In this document: positions 19,792-30,470 of the stretch, in pieces
Layout of the letters: each line of letters starts with the position of its first letter
Position numbering within the stretch: position 1 is the first letter of the stretch
Source of the DNA: Candidatus Bathyarchaeota archaeon
GTDB taxonomy: Archaea > Thermoproteota > Bathyarchaeia > 40CM-2-53-6
Direction of reading: 5' to 3'
Assembly: GCA_963726255.1 (NCBI GenBank)
Contig: CAVSBL010000002.1
Coordinates: 1,312,001 to 1,376,000, forward strand
Length of the DNA: 64,000 nt
Notes under the pieces: generated by a model
Database searches by the model: none
What the model was told of the DNA's origin: nothing
Seen by the model: only the letters and a program-made list of their open reading frames with translations
Program-made: the position numbers and the translations under genes

Positions 19792-21420
19792 CTACGTGGG
19801 TTTGATGTAGATCAGCCAGTAGCGAAGAACCATCACAGGATCCAGAACGAGACCGCTGACATTTGGTTTTGACACTATTTGGATTCCGCCTTGGTAAAGT
19901 GGAATTATCGCCGCGTCTTGAGACCAAAGGGCTTGAGATTGGGCGTACAAGGCGGTTCTCTCTTGAACGCTTTGGGCCATGCTCGCATTGGCGACAAGGC
20001 TCGAAACGACAGGGTCTTTGTAAGCATGTCCGATCCATCCCACATCGATCCAAGAACTTTGGTAGTCATCCGGGTCGAAGTAGTCGGGGAACCATCCGTA
20101 CAAGGAAGCTGGATAGAGGCCCGCCTTTGTCTGGTCGAGGTATGTTGCCCATTCCGCTGACTTCAAGTTGACCGATATCATGCCGGTCGCTTCCAGACTG
20201 TTCTTTAATTGCAGTGCAACATCTGCCTCAGTGTCTCCGTAATGGGTTGGCGTATACCACAAGTCGAATGTGAGTTTGTTTGCCTCGCTATAACCTGCTT
20301 GTGTCAGAAGATTCTTCGCCATGACAAGATTGTTTTCTCCATAATCCTTCAAGAAGGCATCTGTATGACCCCACATACCCATGGGAATCATGCTGTAGAG
20401 CGGATGAACTGTCCCATAGAATATTTTGTTACTTATTGCATTCCTGTCTGCGGCGGCGGCTATTGCCTGCCTTACGAGATGGTTGTTGAACGGGGGAATG
20501 TTCTCGTTAAGGATTATGTAGCGAATGTAGGCCCCTGGGACGTCTTGAACTTGAAGCGTTGGATTTGAACGAAGGTTGTTGATGTCTGACGGGTTAAGGG
20601 TTCTCCAAGCGACGTCGATTTCCCCAGATTGAATAGCCAGTGCCAGAGCAGATGCCGTCGAGTAGAATTTGATTATGATTCTGCTTATCTTTGGTGCGCC
20701 GTCAAAGTAGTACGGATTCGCATCTAGGACGAGCTGTACATCTCTCTGCCATGTCGTAATGTGGTACTCACCCAGACCACCTGCTGTTTGGTCACTGTCA
20801 ATCTTGCTAGGATTGTAAGACGGATGCACTGTGAAGTATTCAGAGCATGCAACAACAGCCGGAAAGTACGAAGCAGGTGCCAGAAGAGTGAACTTCACTG
20901 TCTCATTGTCCAAAGCTTGAACGTCTTTGACATAGTCGGTGACAAGGTAAGCTGCGTCAGCGCCGATCGTCATGACTCTCTTGATGGACCAAACGACATC
21001 ATTCGCGTTAGCCAAAGTTCCATCAGCGAAGCGGAGGTTAGGCTTGAGCTTGAAGATGTATACGGTGCCATCATTCTCAACTGTGTAGGAACTGGCGATG
21101 CCTGGTTCAAGGTCAGTTGTTCCTGGGATATACTTGAGGAGCCCCTCCATCGTGTTGGTTAACACTTCTTGTGTGAAGACTCCCCAAACGTTTGCAGGGT
21201 CCAGATCTGTCACCTTATCAGTCACCCCGATTACTAATTGGTTGGTAGTCAAGGCTCCAGTGTTAGTGGAAGACTGCGTTACGCCACCAGACGGAGCGGT
21301 ACTCATACCCGCGAAGTAGCCCCCAGCCATCCCGACGAGGAGCATTATGATTAGTGCAGTTGCGAAGAGTATACGACTAGGTCCTGTGTTTTGTTTTTCT
21401 TTAGACAAAATCTCCACCAT
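19792..21420 (-). CDS. oppA: Oligopeptide ABC substrate-binding protein (family 5), N-terminally anchored
   Basis: LDPA, RFADG, VRQAI, WFPDYFDPD; N-terminal TM helix. Confidence 0.9.
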   Translation of the reverse strand: MVEILSKEKQNTGPSRILFATALIIMLLVGMAGGYFAGMSTAPSGGVTQSSTNTGALTTNQLVIGVTDKVTDLDPANVWGVFTQEVLTNTMEGLLKYIPGTTDLEPGIASSYTVENDGTVYIFKLKPNLRFADGTLANANDVVWSIKRVMTIGADAAYLVTDYVKDVQALDNETVKFTLLAPASYFPAVVACSEYFTVHPSYNPSKIDSDQTAGGLGEYHITTWQRDVQLVLDANPYYFDGAPKISRIIIKFYSTASALALAIQSGEIDVAWRTLNPSDINNLRSNPTLQVQDVPGAYIRYIILNENIPPFNNHLVRQAIAAAADRNAISNKIFYGTVHPLYSMIPMGMWGHTDAFLKDYGENNLVMAKNLLTQAGYSEANKLTFDLWYTPTHYGDTEADVALQLKNSLEATGMISVNLKSAEWATYLDQTKAGLYPASLYGWFPDYFDPDDYQSSWIDVGWIGHAYKDPVVSSLVANASMAQSVQERTALYAQSQALWSQDAAIIPLYQGGIQIVSKPNVSGLVLDPVMVLRYWLIYIKPT

Positions 21421-21461
21421 TTTCTCGGCTTACGACCGGTGTTGGAATAGATAAGACAACT

Positions 21462-21478
21462 CAATATATTGTATATTG
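21462..21478. promoter_or_regulatory. Inverted repeat/TATA region upstream of oppA
   Basis: CAATATA-TTG-TATATTG. Confidence 0.4.
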
Positions 21479-21518
21479 CATACCGTACGGATAATTGTCC
21501 GCGAGTTTGTCCGTGAGT

Positions 21519-22766
21519 TCAAGCCTTGATGTTATTCTTGTAGATCCGCCCATCCTTCATAATGAGTGCGATATTCCGCTCATAATCTTGGAATATTCTG
21601 ATGTCCTTTAGAGGATTTCCATCCAACACAATGATGTCTGCTATTTTCCCTTTCTCAAGCGTTCCGATTTTGTCATTAAGCTTCAGAAGCTCCGCATTGG
21701 TCTTCGTAGTTGCCTTCAGTGTCTCCGTGGTCGTCATAACTGTTGCCTTCAGTTCCAGTTCTCTTGCCATTCGCTTCCGACTATCGTATAGCAGATCAGA
21801 CCCGGAACCAATCTTAACACCCACTTTATGCGCAATCCGCACAGCGTCCAGACTCTTGTCACGGGCAACCTTGACCATTCGAATTGTCTCTTGTGAGAAT
21901 CCGAGTCTGTCTCGTGCATTGTAAATCTCGTCATAAGTCACCACCGTGGGGACCAAGAATGTGCCGTGATCTTTCATCAGGATGGCACTTTCTTCATCGA
22001 GCAGGTTGCCGTGTTCGATAGATCTTACTTCTGCCTCAACGCAGTTCCTTATGCTCGCCGGAGGGTAAGCGTGTGCCATAACGTATTTTCCTCTCGCACC
22101 GGCTTCAGAGGTTGCAGCTCTCAACTCGTCGACTGTGAATTCGGGAGTTACAAGATCGCCACCCCCGGCAGGCGAGGAAGGTATGACCGCTCCGCTCGCC
22201 ATCACTTTTATCTGATCAACGCCTCTTCGCAATTGCTCCCGGGCCGCTGTTCGTACGCCGTCAACACCATCGCACACTACGGTTCTTAATCCTACGGCAC
22301 CTTGTTCTGGCACGAAGTCCTCCGTTGGTCTTCGCGGATCTCCACTCCCACCTGTTTGAGATAGTGCGTTTCCACTCACAAGGAGCCGCGGTCCTTTCAT
22401 GTAGCCCTCCTCAACCGCAACTCTGAAGCCCCAGTCTGCCCCGTACGCATCTCTAACCGTGGTAAATCCCTGCATGAGCATATCTTCCAAGTTTTTCGCA
22501 GCTATGCAAACGAATTTCGCGGTTGGATACTTATTCATCTGCAGTGATTCCTCGACGATGCACGCATGCGCGTGAGCATCGATGAGGCCGGGCATGATGG
22601 TCCTTCCACCTAGGTCGATGACAGTTCCTTCTATAGGGGTCTGTTTGTCTGTAACCTTGATTATCTCTCTCCCTTCCACAAGAACCGTTGCGTTTTCTTG
22701 AGGTTCTTGTCCTGTACAATCTATCAGAAGACCATCTTGCAAGATAATTCTGTTCAATGAATCCAC
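21519..22766 (-). CDS. Metal-dependent amidohydrolase (Xaa-Pro dipeptidase-like)
   Basis: PGLIDAHAH, IKVMASG, MAHA, SIEHG, GSD, GKIAD. Confidence 0.9.
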   Translation of the reverse strand: MDSLNRIILQDGLLIDCTGQEPQENATVLVEGREIIKVTDKQTPIEGTVIDLGGRTIMPGLIDAHAHACIVEESLQMNKYPTAKFVCIAAKNLEDMLMQGFTTVRDAYGADWGFRVAVEEGYMKGPRLLVSGNALSQTGGSGDPRRPTEDFVPEQGAVGLRTVVCDGVDGVRTAAREQLRRGVDQIKVMASGAVIPSSPAGGGDLVTPEFTVDELRAATSEAGARGKYVMAHAYPPASIRNCVEAEVRSIEHGNLLDEESAILMKDHGTFLVPTVVTYDEIYNARDRLGFSQETIRMVKVARDKSLDAVRIAHKVGVKIGSGSDLLYDSRKRMARELELKATVMTTTETLKATTKTNAELLKLNDKIGTLEKGKIADIIVLDGNPLKDIRIFQDYERNIALIMKDGRIYKNNIKA

Positions 22767-22909
22767 GATTTCTTGCCAAAAGATGGGTGGCGGTATAAGC
22801 CGTCGGTATATAGAATCCGATGCGTAAACTAGGTCAATACCCGGCCTCTATGAGAGGCATCACTTGGTTGTGGTCTAACCTATCGAATCAAATGTGAGGC
22901 GTTTCGTAT

Positions 22910-23898
22910 TCATGAGTAATTCCAGATGGATGCTGCTTTTGTCGAGCCGAGGAATACAGTCTCGTCACCTGAGTTTACTACAGGATTGTGGATCAAAGCG
23001 AGGACAACGCCTTCCGTTGGAGACCGCACCGTTTCGATTTTCTCGCCTTGAAGGTTCATCACTTCCCCAACGACATCTCCCGCGAGACGATATCTCCCGG
23101 TGCCACATGCACATGAAAGAGGCCTCCCTGGCTAACCCTCAAAGGAGCAAAGTAAGCTACGGTTTTTTGCCCCGCTTTTTTCAGCGCCCTTCCCTTAACA
23201 ATTCGCAGATGCCGCATCACATTTAGCACCCCATCACACATGACCGATACTTCTTCCGGCATGAGTTTGTCGCCAGAACCAAACTCTGCAAGAGCGGACG
23301 GAATTCCGGTTTCGGGGCCGATCCTCCAAGAAGACCCTTTTGGCATGGGGCCGTCTCTTGAGGTGTGCCAAATATACTCAAAGCCTAAAGCTTTGGCCAT
23401 TTGTTCTGATCGGGCATCAATCCGTCGGTTGCCAGTCTCAAAGAAACCTGCAAAGCCTATCTCTGATTCATGTATATCTCCACCGTGCAAGTCCAAATAG
23501 TAGTCGGATTTTGAAATGAACTCCCTAAAAACTGTGTACGAAATCAGGCGAGAAATAGTTCCATTGGATTTTCCTGGAAAGCTTCCTTGAATGTTCACGC
23601 CGTCTATGGGCGAAACATAAGTTCTCGCTTCGAAGCCCGGGACGTTGACTGTCGGGACTACGATAAGTGTCCCCCTCACATCATCCGGCTTGACTTTGTT
23701 CGAAAGCCTGATTGCTGCATCTATCCCGACATATTCGGTTCCGTGGACGCCGGCCGTGATGCATATGGTAGGTCCGTCACGCGAGCCTCTGATTACGGTG
23801 AAAGGCAATTTCACATGGGTCGCGGCTCGATTGCCGACGCTCAGGAAGTTTGAGTATCTACCTCCGGGCTTGATATCTACCCCTGCAATCCTAGTCAT
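22910..23898 (-). pseudogene. Succinylglutamate desuccinylase/aspartoacylase (M14) family gene, frameshifted near 23080
   Basis: AGVHGTE and LDLHGG motifs; the family-typical C-terminus GDVVGEV...VRSPTEGVV...PVVNSGD continues in another frame to 22910. Confidence 0.75.
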
Positions 23899-24033
23899 AG
23901 ATTGGCCGTCTCGTTCAGTGTATTTAGCACTTCGGGTTTGAAAACTTGGTTGAAAGAATCAATACCTTTCAGCACTTTCTTTCCATGAGGCACTCTATCA
24001 AACCCAATTGCCTTTCGGAGTGGAAAGTGACGG

Positions 24034-25399
24034 CTATTGGGCGAAGTGCTTGACAGTGTCATCAAGAGCACGCAGGAATGTCTCGACTTCGTGAAGAGCA
24101 TTAAAGTGTACTAGGCTGGCGCGAATACCTACAGATTTCCCGTAGGTTTGGAGCGTTCTCGAGTAGAAGCCCCCGCAATTCTCAGCTAGGACGGCTACTG
24201 AATGCTTATCCCAGAGATACTGAGCCACCTGAAATGGGTCAGCGCCCGCAATGTTGAACGTAAAGGTCGGCACGCGTAAATGTGTGTTGGAAGGATTTCT
24301 CACACCGTAAACCTCAACACCTCTCATCGCCTGCATTCCTGGTACAGCGTTTGTTCCGCCCAGCATCGCATTCGAGAGAGTCTGCTCATATTGCTCAATC
24401 CATGAGAGTGCTGCCTTAAGGACGCGTTTTCTTCCAGCATAATCACCGATTCTTGTCTCTGACCTCGGACTCCACTTGGGAACCTAGCCAGTTCAAATAA
24501 TCCATGACGGCAGTAATCGAGGAGAATAGCGCTTGATCTCGCGTCCCCATCTCCCACTTTCCGGGTGGTTTATCGGGTGCGGGTTTCACCTTATATGGTG
24601 TCAGAGTTTCCAGTAACTCTCTCCGACCGTATGCAAAACTTCCGCGCCGACTGAACAGCTTGTATGCGGAGAAGACGGCGAAGTCACAACCAAGTTTCAC
24701 GACATCAACTGGAATATGCGGAACCATATGGACTGCGTCGAGAACAGCATAAGCCCCTGCTTCTTTTGCAAGTTTGAAGATTCTGGCGGCGGGTGTCTTG
24801 GAGCCCAATACATTGGAAACACCGGCGACAGAAACAACTCGCGTATCCTTATCGATGAGGCTCATCAGGTGAGAGATATCTAGTTGACCGTCGTTTGGAT
24901 TGAATTTTGCAAACCTTACTTCCTTGACCACGCCACGTTGTTCGAGCTCAAGCCATGGGCTAACATTGGCATAATGCTCATACTCCGTGAGAACTATGTT
25001 CTCCGTTCCCGACATCTCTTTCGAAAGTGCATAGCTGAGGTTGAAGAAAATGCTCGTAGCCGACTCACCCGAAATGACGCAATCCTCGGACGGCGCGTTC
25101 AGAAAATCCCTTACCGCCTTCCGACCACCCAGGATCATTTCCTCGTTCATTTTCGACTCCCAGAACGGTCCATCGACGTTCGCGGAGTAGTCCAGTCGAG
25201 CCCTTGCCTCCGCTTCAACCACGCGCTGTAGCACTAGAGAACCTGCGGCATTCTCGAAGAATATTCTTCGTCTTCCATTCGCGTCAGCATCTACTCTAGG
25301 GAATTCCTTACGGATTGCTTCGTGCAGTTCACTCAGCTTTTGACCAGTGGAACGCGCTGTTGGAACTTCCTTCTGCGCCATCCTCGCTAACCCGCGCAC
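24034..25399 (-). pseudogene. Class V aminotransferase/cysteine desulfurase-like gene, frameshifted near 24450
   Basis: EHYANVSPW, DAVH, SAYK and EMGT in ORF1; PTFTF and IRASLVHFN in ORF2; the linking frame reads IGDYAGRKRVLKAALSWIEQYEQTLSNAML. Confidence 0.8.
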
Positions 25400-25683
25400 G
25401 GAGTTCCAACATATGCGCTATATCGTTTATGTAAGTACTCAATCAACCCGTAAGGACTCTTCGAACCGGTGCACGAGTTTTCGGTCCTCATGAAGTCAAG
25501 ATAGGAGTGTATGACGTAAGTTCCGAGTAGTTGGCGCATGCGAAGCCAAGCGCATTGCTTCCATACGCGCCTTCGCGTTTCTAGCTGCCTCCTCACTCTC
25601 GCAGAGCTTCACTCTTTGCTGGCCTTCAACGGTTGTTTCGTTGGACCAGGCGGTTCCCCGCTTGGTAGTGTTAGGGCAGTGGC

Positions 25684-26208
25684 TTAGCGCTGCGCAGCTT
25701 TTTCCGCCAACCCATCCGCGTCTACCCCTAACTCCTTGAGGAGGGCATCGACGTAGGCGTCGTCCTGGTGTTTCAGAATCATGAGTTCCGTTCGCATCAA
25801 GCCGTTTGCGACCCGTAGGGCCAGCAACCTTGCCTCCGCATCTTTGGCAGCGGCCTCGGTCTTGCTGTACTCGACCGCAGCTTGAACGGACTTCCATGTA
25901 AGGTCCTCGAGATCACTCCGTTTCTCCGTCCCAGGAAGCTGGGGGTCCTTCTCAGCCTTCATGGGAACCTTGGTCGGGACTTGCCTGGCCAGTTGGACAC
26001 GGGTAATGAACTCCTTCGTCAGGGTGACGAGGGTCTGAAGGTGACTGTCACCCAGTGAATGGGTGGAGGTCACCCCCTGCAAGTGTTCGCGTATTGCCAA
26101 TCGCACATACTCCGCAAGCGGTATATTCGCCCGCCTGGCCAAGAGACGTAGGGCAAGTTCCTCTTTCCTAGACACTCTGAAGGTTAGTTTTGGGTTTCCT
26201 TTCGACAT
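25684..26208 (-). CDS. Ribbon-helix-helix protein with helical C-terminus
   Basis: KLTFRVSRKEELALRLLARRANIPLAEYVRLAIREHL. Confidence 0.7.
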   Translation of the reverse strand: MSKGNPKLTFRVSRKEELALRLLARRANIPLAEYVRLAIREHLQGVTSTHSLGDSHLQTLVTLTKEFITRVQLARQVPTKVPMKAEKDPQLPGTEKRSDLEDLTWKSVQAAVEYSKTEAAAKDAEARLLALRVANGLMRTELMILKHQDDAYVDALLKELGVDADGLAEKAAQR

Positions 26209-26254
26209 GGTTATTCAGCCACTCGAGAATACGAATAACGAGGGTTACCTTCGA

Positions 26255-26296
26255 TTGGCACCGTTTGGCACCACCCCTCGACGGGTGGATCCACCC
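26255..26296. promoter_or_regulatory. Direct repeats plus a 14-bp perfect palindrome upstream of the RHH gene
   Basis: TTGGCACC at 26255 and 26265; GGGTGGATCCACCC at 26283-26296. Confidence 0.45.
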
Positions 26297-26897
26297 TCTT
26301 AATTGTGAACGGCAGTAGCAACGCTACAGGTTAGAGCATGTAATAGGGAAACCAATCCCGTGAGGGCGGCAGAAACAAGCATTCGGCAAGGCTTCGGGTA
26401 TTTACATGGTTGTGCGGAAACGCAAGTGCACTTCTGCCAGAAAACGGGGCTTTTGCGCTAGACCGTTTAACCCCCAATAGAACACTAACAATACCACAAA
26501 AACCAGGGATCGTCTCACAGCCTCGTGTCTTGGCTTTGGGGTCTACCAGGACGATATCTACGTCGTGACCTTTCTTGAGTTTTGGATCTCTTGTATCGAG
26601 GCCTCGTAGACGCTTGCCTCTGTAGTTTGTTTAGAACGCGCTTCAATCGCATTGGATCCAATTGACTCTGATGTTGCCATAGTGATGCTTTCGGATGGTA
26701 TCTCGGCCTCCTGGGTACTTTACCAGCGGGGCCCTTGTAACGATATAGTTGGAATGAATGGTACCTCAGAACTACCTGGATCGGTTCCCACTCGCTCAAA
26801 GATACTAAGGCCTTTAGAAACGCGTAGTAACTTACCATCCACTCTTGATGGAAACGATTCCTGGCTAGACCTAATCCAGAACGCAAGCGAAAAGTAG

Positions 26898-27677
26898 GTG
26901 GATGGGTATAGCTCAGATAACAGCGCCCGCCAAGTTTCAGTTTCAGCCGAAGTGGTGTATGATGGTTGGTGCAATCAAATGCGTAGAGAACTAAGCTTTC
27001 TGCGCTTTGCGATGTTGTGGTTCGTTTGTGTCGGGTTAGGTATGCTGGTTGTTCCAGACATATACGCCGCATACTCGCACTATGTGTTCATCATGTTTGA
27101 CCCAGTTCTGACGGTTTTGTATAATTTTGCCACTCAACCAACGCTCGCTCTAAGCGGCTTGGTTTTGATGAGTTTTCCAACGTTCGGGTTCTTGTTTAGT
27201 TGTTGGGTTCTGCATACTTCAAGATTGCCAGCCGACTTGAAGTTGCAGGAGATGCAAGCAGTTCTTTCAGGGATGGGGTTCGGACTATTCTTCATAACAT
27301 ATGCTTTTGGTCTGACGCTTGCAGGCTATAACAGAACCGCTGTACTTCTGTGTGCTACTGTTGGATTGGTGGTTCTGCTTGGGGTATACAGATGGAAAAG
27401 AGACAAAGCACTTAAACAGCTAAGAAATCTGAAGGGGCAAAATTTCCCAATTCACCAAACGACTTTTGACAGCCTACCAAACAGGGGGCGCTCAACAAAT
27501 GAAAAACAAGATCAACCCTACGTGACAGAGGCGACGTTCACCCATTCAAGAAATGGACAACGAGTAGACCATGACTTTCCGGCCACACAGATAACGACAA
27601 GGTCATCGTTGTTGAAATCACGACACAAAAAGACTGGGACCACATTATGCAAGAGTTTCCTGAGAAGCAGCGAATAA
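26898..27677 (+). CDS. Hypothetical multi-pass membrane protein (start uncertain)
   Basis: About 4 hydrophobic segments. Confidence 0.5.
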   Translation: MDGYSSDNSARQVSVSAEVVYDGWCNQMRRELSFLRFAMLWFVCVGLGMLVVPDIYAAYSHYVFIMFDPVLTVLYNFATQPTLALSGLVLMSFPTFGFLFSCWVLHTSRLPADLKLQEMQAVLSGMGFGLFFITYAFGLTLAGYNRTAVLLCATVGLVVLLGVYRWKRDKALKQLRNLKGQNFPIHQTTFDSLPNRGRSTNEKQDQPYVTEATFTHSRNGQRVDHDFPATQITTRSSLLKSRHKKTGTTLCKSFLRSSE

Positions 27678-27740
27678 AGGAAAGTGTGCCGTATCTATCT
27701 TGACACATTCGAAAGAAGTTCAGCAGCTGGTTGAAATCTG

Positions 27741-28286
27741 GTGAGTCCGTATCAAAGATTTTGGGTCTGGTTAATTGTCCTAACCACACTTGCACCAGTT
27801 ATACCGTTTGTATTCCCAAACCAATTAGCCCTTACTTCTCGCGCGGATGTCTTCCGGACTCTTGCCGATATAGGTGCGGCTTTGATCGGCTTCGTTGGCG
27901 TAATCGGCGTGTTCGGTCTTGAGGCGCTTCGTTCGAGCTTGCATGAAATCAGTGCTGAGATGAATGATTTGGAAAGATATCTCAATGAGAAAGGGGCGTT
28001 GGAATCAGCTGTACATGAGTTAGACAAATTTCGAGACAAGCTAAAGGGGCTGGAGGCGGAAAAGGCACGCGTTTGCGACAGACAGCAATCGGCGCCTCGC
28101 CTGATACTCGTAACCCTCTATTTCTTCTTGATACAAATCGTCTCCTCTTTGCTAGGACTAGGTGACGTAACGATTGTTGGGGATTGGAGACTTCCTTTGG
28201 CATTCTCCTTCTTCGGTCTTTTCACGGGAGTTTATCTAGTGTACATATTTGTCAGTGCGATTGCTCGGATTACTTCCGTGGTTTGA
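27741..28286 (+). CDS. Hypothetical 4TM protein with central coiled coil
   Basis: 2 TM + heptad-rich segment + 2 TM. Confidence 0.6.
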   Translation: MSPYQRFWVWLIVLTTLAPVIPFVFPNQLALTSRADVFRTLADIGAALIGFVGVIGVFGLEALRSSLHEISAEMNDLERYLNEKGALESAVHELDKFRDKLKGLEAEKARVCDRQQSAPRLILVTLYFFLIQIVSSLLGLGDVTIVGDWRLPLAFSFFGLFTGVYLVYIFVSAIARITSVV

Positions 28287-28681
28287 GCAATTCGACGGTT
28301 TTCGACTGCCTTATACCTCGTACTAGTCTGTTTTCGGACTCTTCAAGATTCCGTGGTTGCTTGCTTGAACTTGATTCGCTCGAATACTGCCGGCGTGGCA
28401 GCGTAATGGAAGCTAAAGCAAGTTTCTCCTGCCGATGCTGCCATCAGGTCTGGGTTAAGATCGGCAAGGAACTCGTCCGGGCGATATCTCTCACAGACCT
28501 TGAACCTTGATTAGACCAGAAGACATGCAGTCGGATAGAGATTGCGGGTACTGCCATAATCGCGGCGGCGAATGGGTTCAAGTAACTATCCTACGCATAC
28601 GCACATTCATCTTCAAACCCTGCCCACACTGCCGAAAACCAACGGAACGAAAACCTTAACCTAACTGCCTGCGGAAAGAAA

Positions 28682-28706
28682 TGTGTGTGCGTGATTGATA
28701 CACACA
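28682..28706 (-). repeat. Degenerate copy of the dispersed palindrome
   Basis: Minus strand tgtgtgtatcaatcacgcacacaca, just upstream of the 28729 gene. Confidence 0.5.
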
Positions 28707-28728
28707 TAAGACCGCCGGGAGTCAACTT

Positions 28729-30192
28729 ATGACAGTCAATTACAAGGACTGGGAAACTATTGACAGACATAATCTATCCATTGCGGGGTCCCCCCTTTTC
28801 GATGAAGCAAGTAAAGGTGAGAGGATCAATCCATTAGATCTCTATCCGGAATTCGATATTCAAAAGGAGGAAACGTACACTCAGTGGTTCCCCACTAAAC
28901 TTGCAGAAATATCTCCTGCAAACAATCTTGCCAATCTCGCTCTGCACTATAACAAGGTCATTATTCCGATATTTGGGTACAAGAGTCGAAATGATTTTGA
29001 AGATATTTATGGTATGTCCGTGGAAAATCTTTCGGAGATCTTTGAACGGCGACCGGAGAAATTCTTGCCTGCGGTAACTCAGCATCCATTAGAGTACGAA
29101 GCGTACGGTTATTGTGACAAACTCTTTAATGTAATCCACAAAGTTCGTGGAACTTACCCTCCATTTCTAATTCGAGGTTCGTTCTTTCAAAGAGACTTGA
29201 CTCTCCAGGTCGCGGCCCGTCGTGAAGGGATTATCCAAACTGCTGGTTGGACTGAACTTCTTCTAAGTAAATTTCCTGAGTTAGACGTTGACCAGATACG
29301 AGATATCGAGATTAAACGAATTGCTGACTCCGCACAAATGTACTCAGTAGCAAGAGACCAGAAGTTCGAACTAGCAGATCTAGAGCGAGCCATGGCATCT
29401 ACTGTCTTCGAGTTACGGTCTTTTGGATACGGCACTCTCACGGGGTTCCTGATAGACAAATTTCATAAGGAGTATTCGAACCTTGATCTCCTCTATCACC
29501 TTTTGATCGATTATAGAAAATACCTAATTGACCCGCTTACACAGCAATTGGGTGGCTTTGGCAACTATACTATTGCAGACTTGGAACGCATGGCATTCCT
29601 CAGGGTACTCCCACTTGTCAGTAAGGACTTGAGGAGGTTGGACCAGATCAACTATTCGTTGTTTCTCAACTCCCCTGGCGCTAGAAGCCCTGTTTCTCTC
29701 GGAAGTCACAAAATGGCCGTTTTCCTAAGAGGAGGAGAGGATGTTAACACCTTAAATGACCTTGTAGATTTTGCGGAACGACACAAGAAAGAAACAAGAA
29801 TTATGTCGGAATACCGTCAACTAATCGCTGAAGGAAAGCTTCCTGCTGCTGCTGACGCTTTTAGAAGAGCAGGAGAAGTCTACACACAGATCGGAGAGGA
29901 AGTGAAGCAGCTGGAGAAGGCCCAGAGGAGAGCAAAGTTCGCAACGTATGCCATTAGTGGTGGGGCCACGGTACTCAGCGACGCGGCTCTATACTACAGT
30001 GAAGGGATTCCGCCCGAATGGAAGCTAGTAATAGCCATGTTCAAGGATATTCTGAACTTTCTAGGAATCAAGAACATAGATCCGAAACGAATCGTGGATT
30101 TGATGTATGATGCCAAAGGGTGGCCATGGTACCAGCGTGGTGTACCCTACTTGTTTTGGCGAGGCCCATCTTCGAACCCTGATTATGTTTAG
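28729..30192 (+). CDS. Hypothetical protein (487 aa)
   Basis: Long ORF; coiled coil and amphipathic helices near the C-terminus. Confidence 0.75.
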   Translation: MTVNYKDWETIDRHNLSIAGSPLFDEASKGERINPLDLYPEFDIQKEETYTQWFPTKLAEISPANNLANLALHYNKVIIPIFGYKSRNDFEDIYGMSVENLSEIFERRPEKFLPAVTQHPLEYEAYGYCDKLFNVIHKVRGTYPPFLIRGSFFQRDLTLQVAARREGIIQTAGWTELLLSKFPELDVDQIRDIEIKRIADSAQMYSVARDQKFELADLERAMASTVFELRSFGYGTLTGFLIDKFHKEYSNLDLLYHLLIDYRKYLIDPLTQQLGGFGNYTIADLERMAFLRVLPLVSKDLRRLDQINYSLFLNSPGARSPVSLGSHKMAVFLRGGEDVNTLNDLVDFAERHKKETRIMSEYRQLIAEGKLPAAADAFRRAGEVYTQIGEEVKQLEKAQRRAKFATYAISGGATVLSDAALYYSEGIPPEWKLVIAMFKDILNFLGIKNIDPKRIVDLMYDAKGWPWYQRGVPYLFWRGPSSNPDYV

Positions 30193-30224
30193 TGTGTGGG
30201 GATGCTGGTGCGCACCACCACCAC
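30192..30224 (+). repeat. Copy of the dispersed palindrome overlapping the upstream stop codon
   Basis: gtgtgtggggatgctggtgcgcaccaccaccac. Confidence 0.7.
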
Positions 30225-30470
30225 AAGAAACTGCCGGAACTTACGGTTCAATTTCTGTTGCCCGCACCATTACATCCACCACCACCCACTTTTCAAACGA
30301 CGACCGTTCAACTCTCGATGCGTCAGCTTATCGAAGATTTCAGGAATATGACAAATTGCGCACGCTTGCCTACTAGTTCGTTGGACGTGTTTCTCGAATT
30401 ATTTCGCATTGCCAAATAGTACCATAGCGATAACTACGTGTGTTGTGAGATAAACTTCAGGTCACGAAAC

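Noticed and set aside
26652-26897. In-frame ORF abutting 26898-27677 through a TAG (possible pyrrolysine readthrough)
   Set aside because: The upstream peptide has no recognisable features, another stop lies shortly upstream, and no pyl genes are seen
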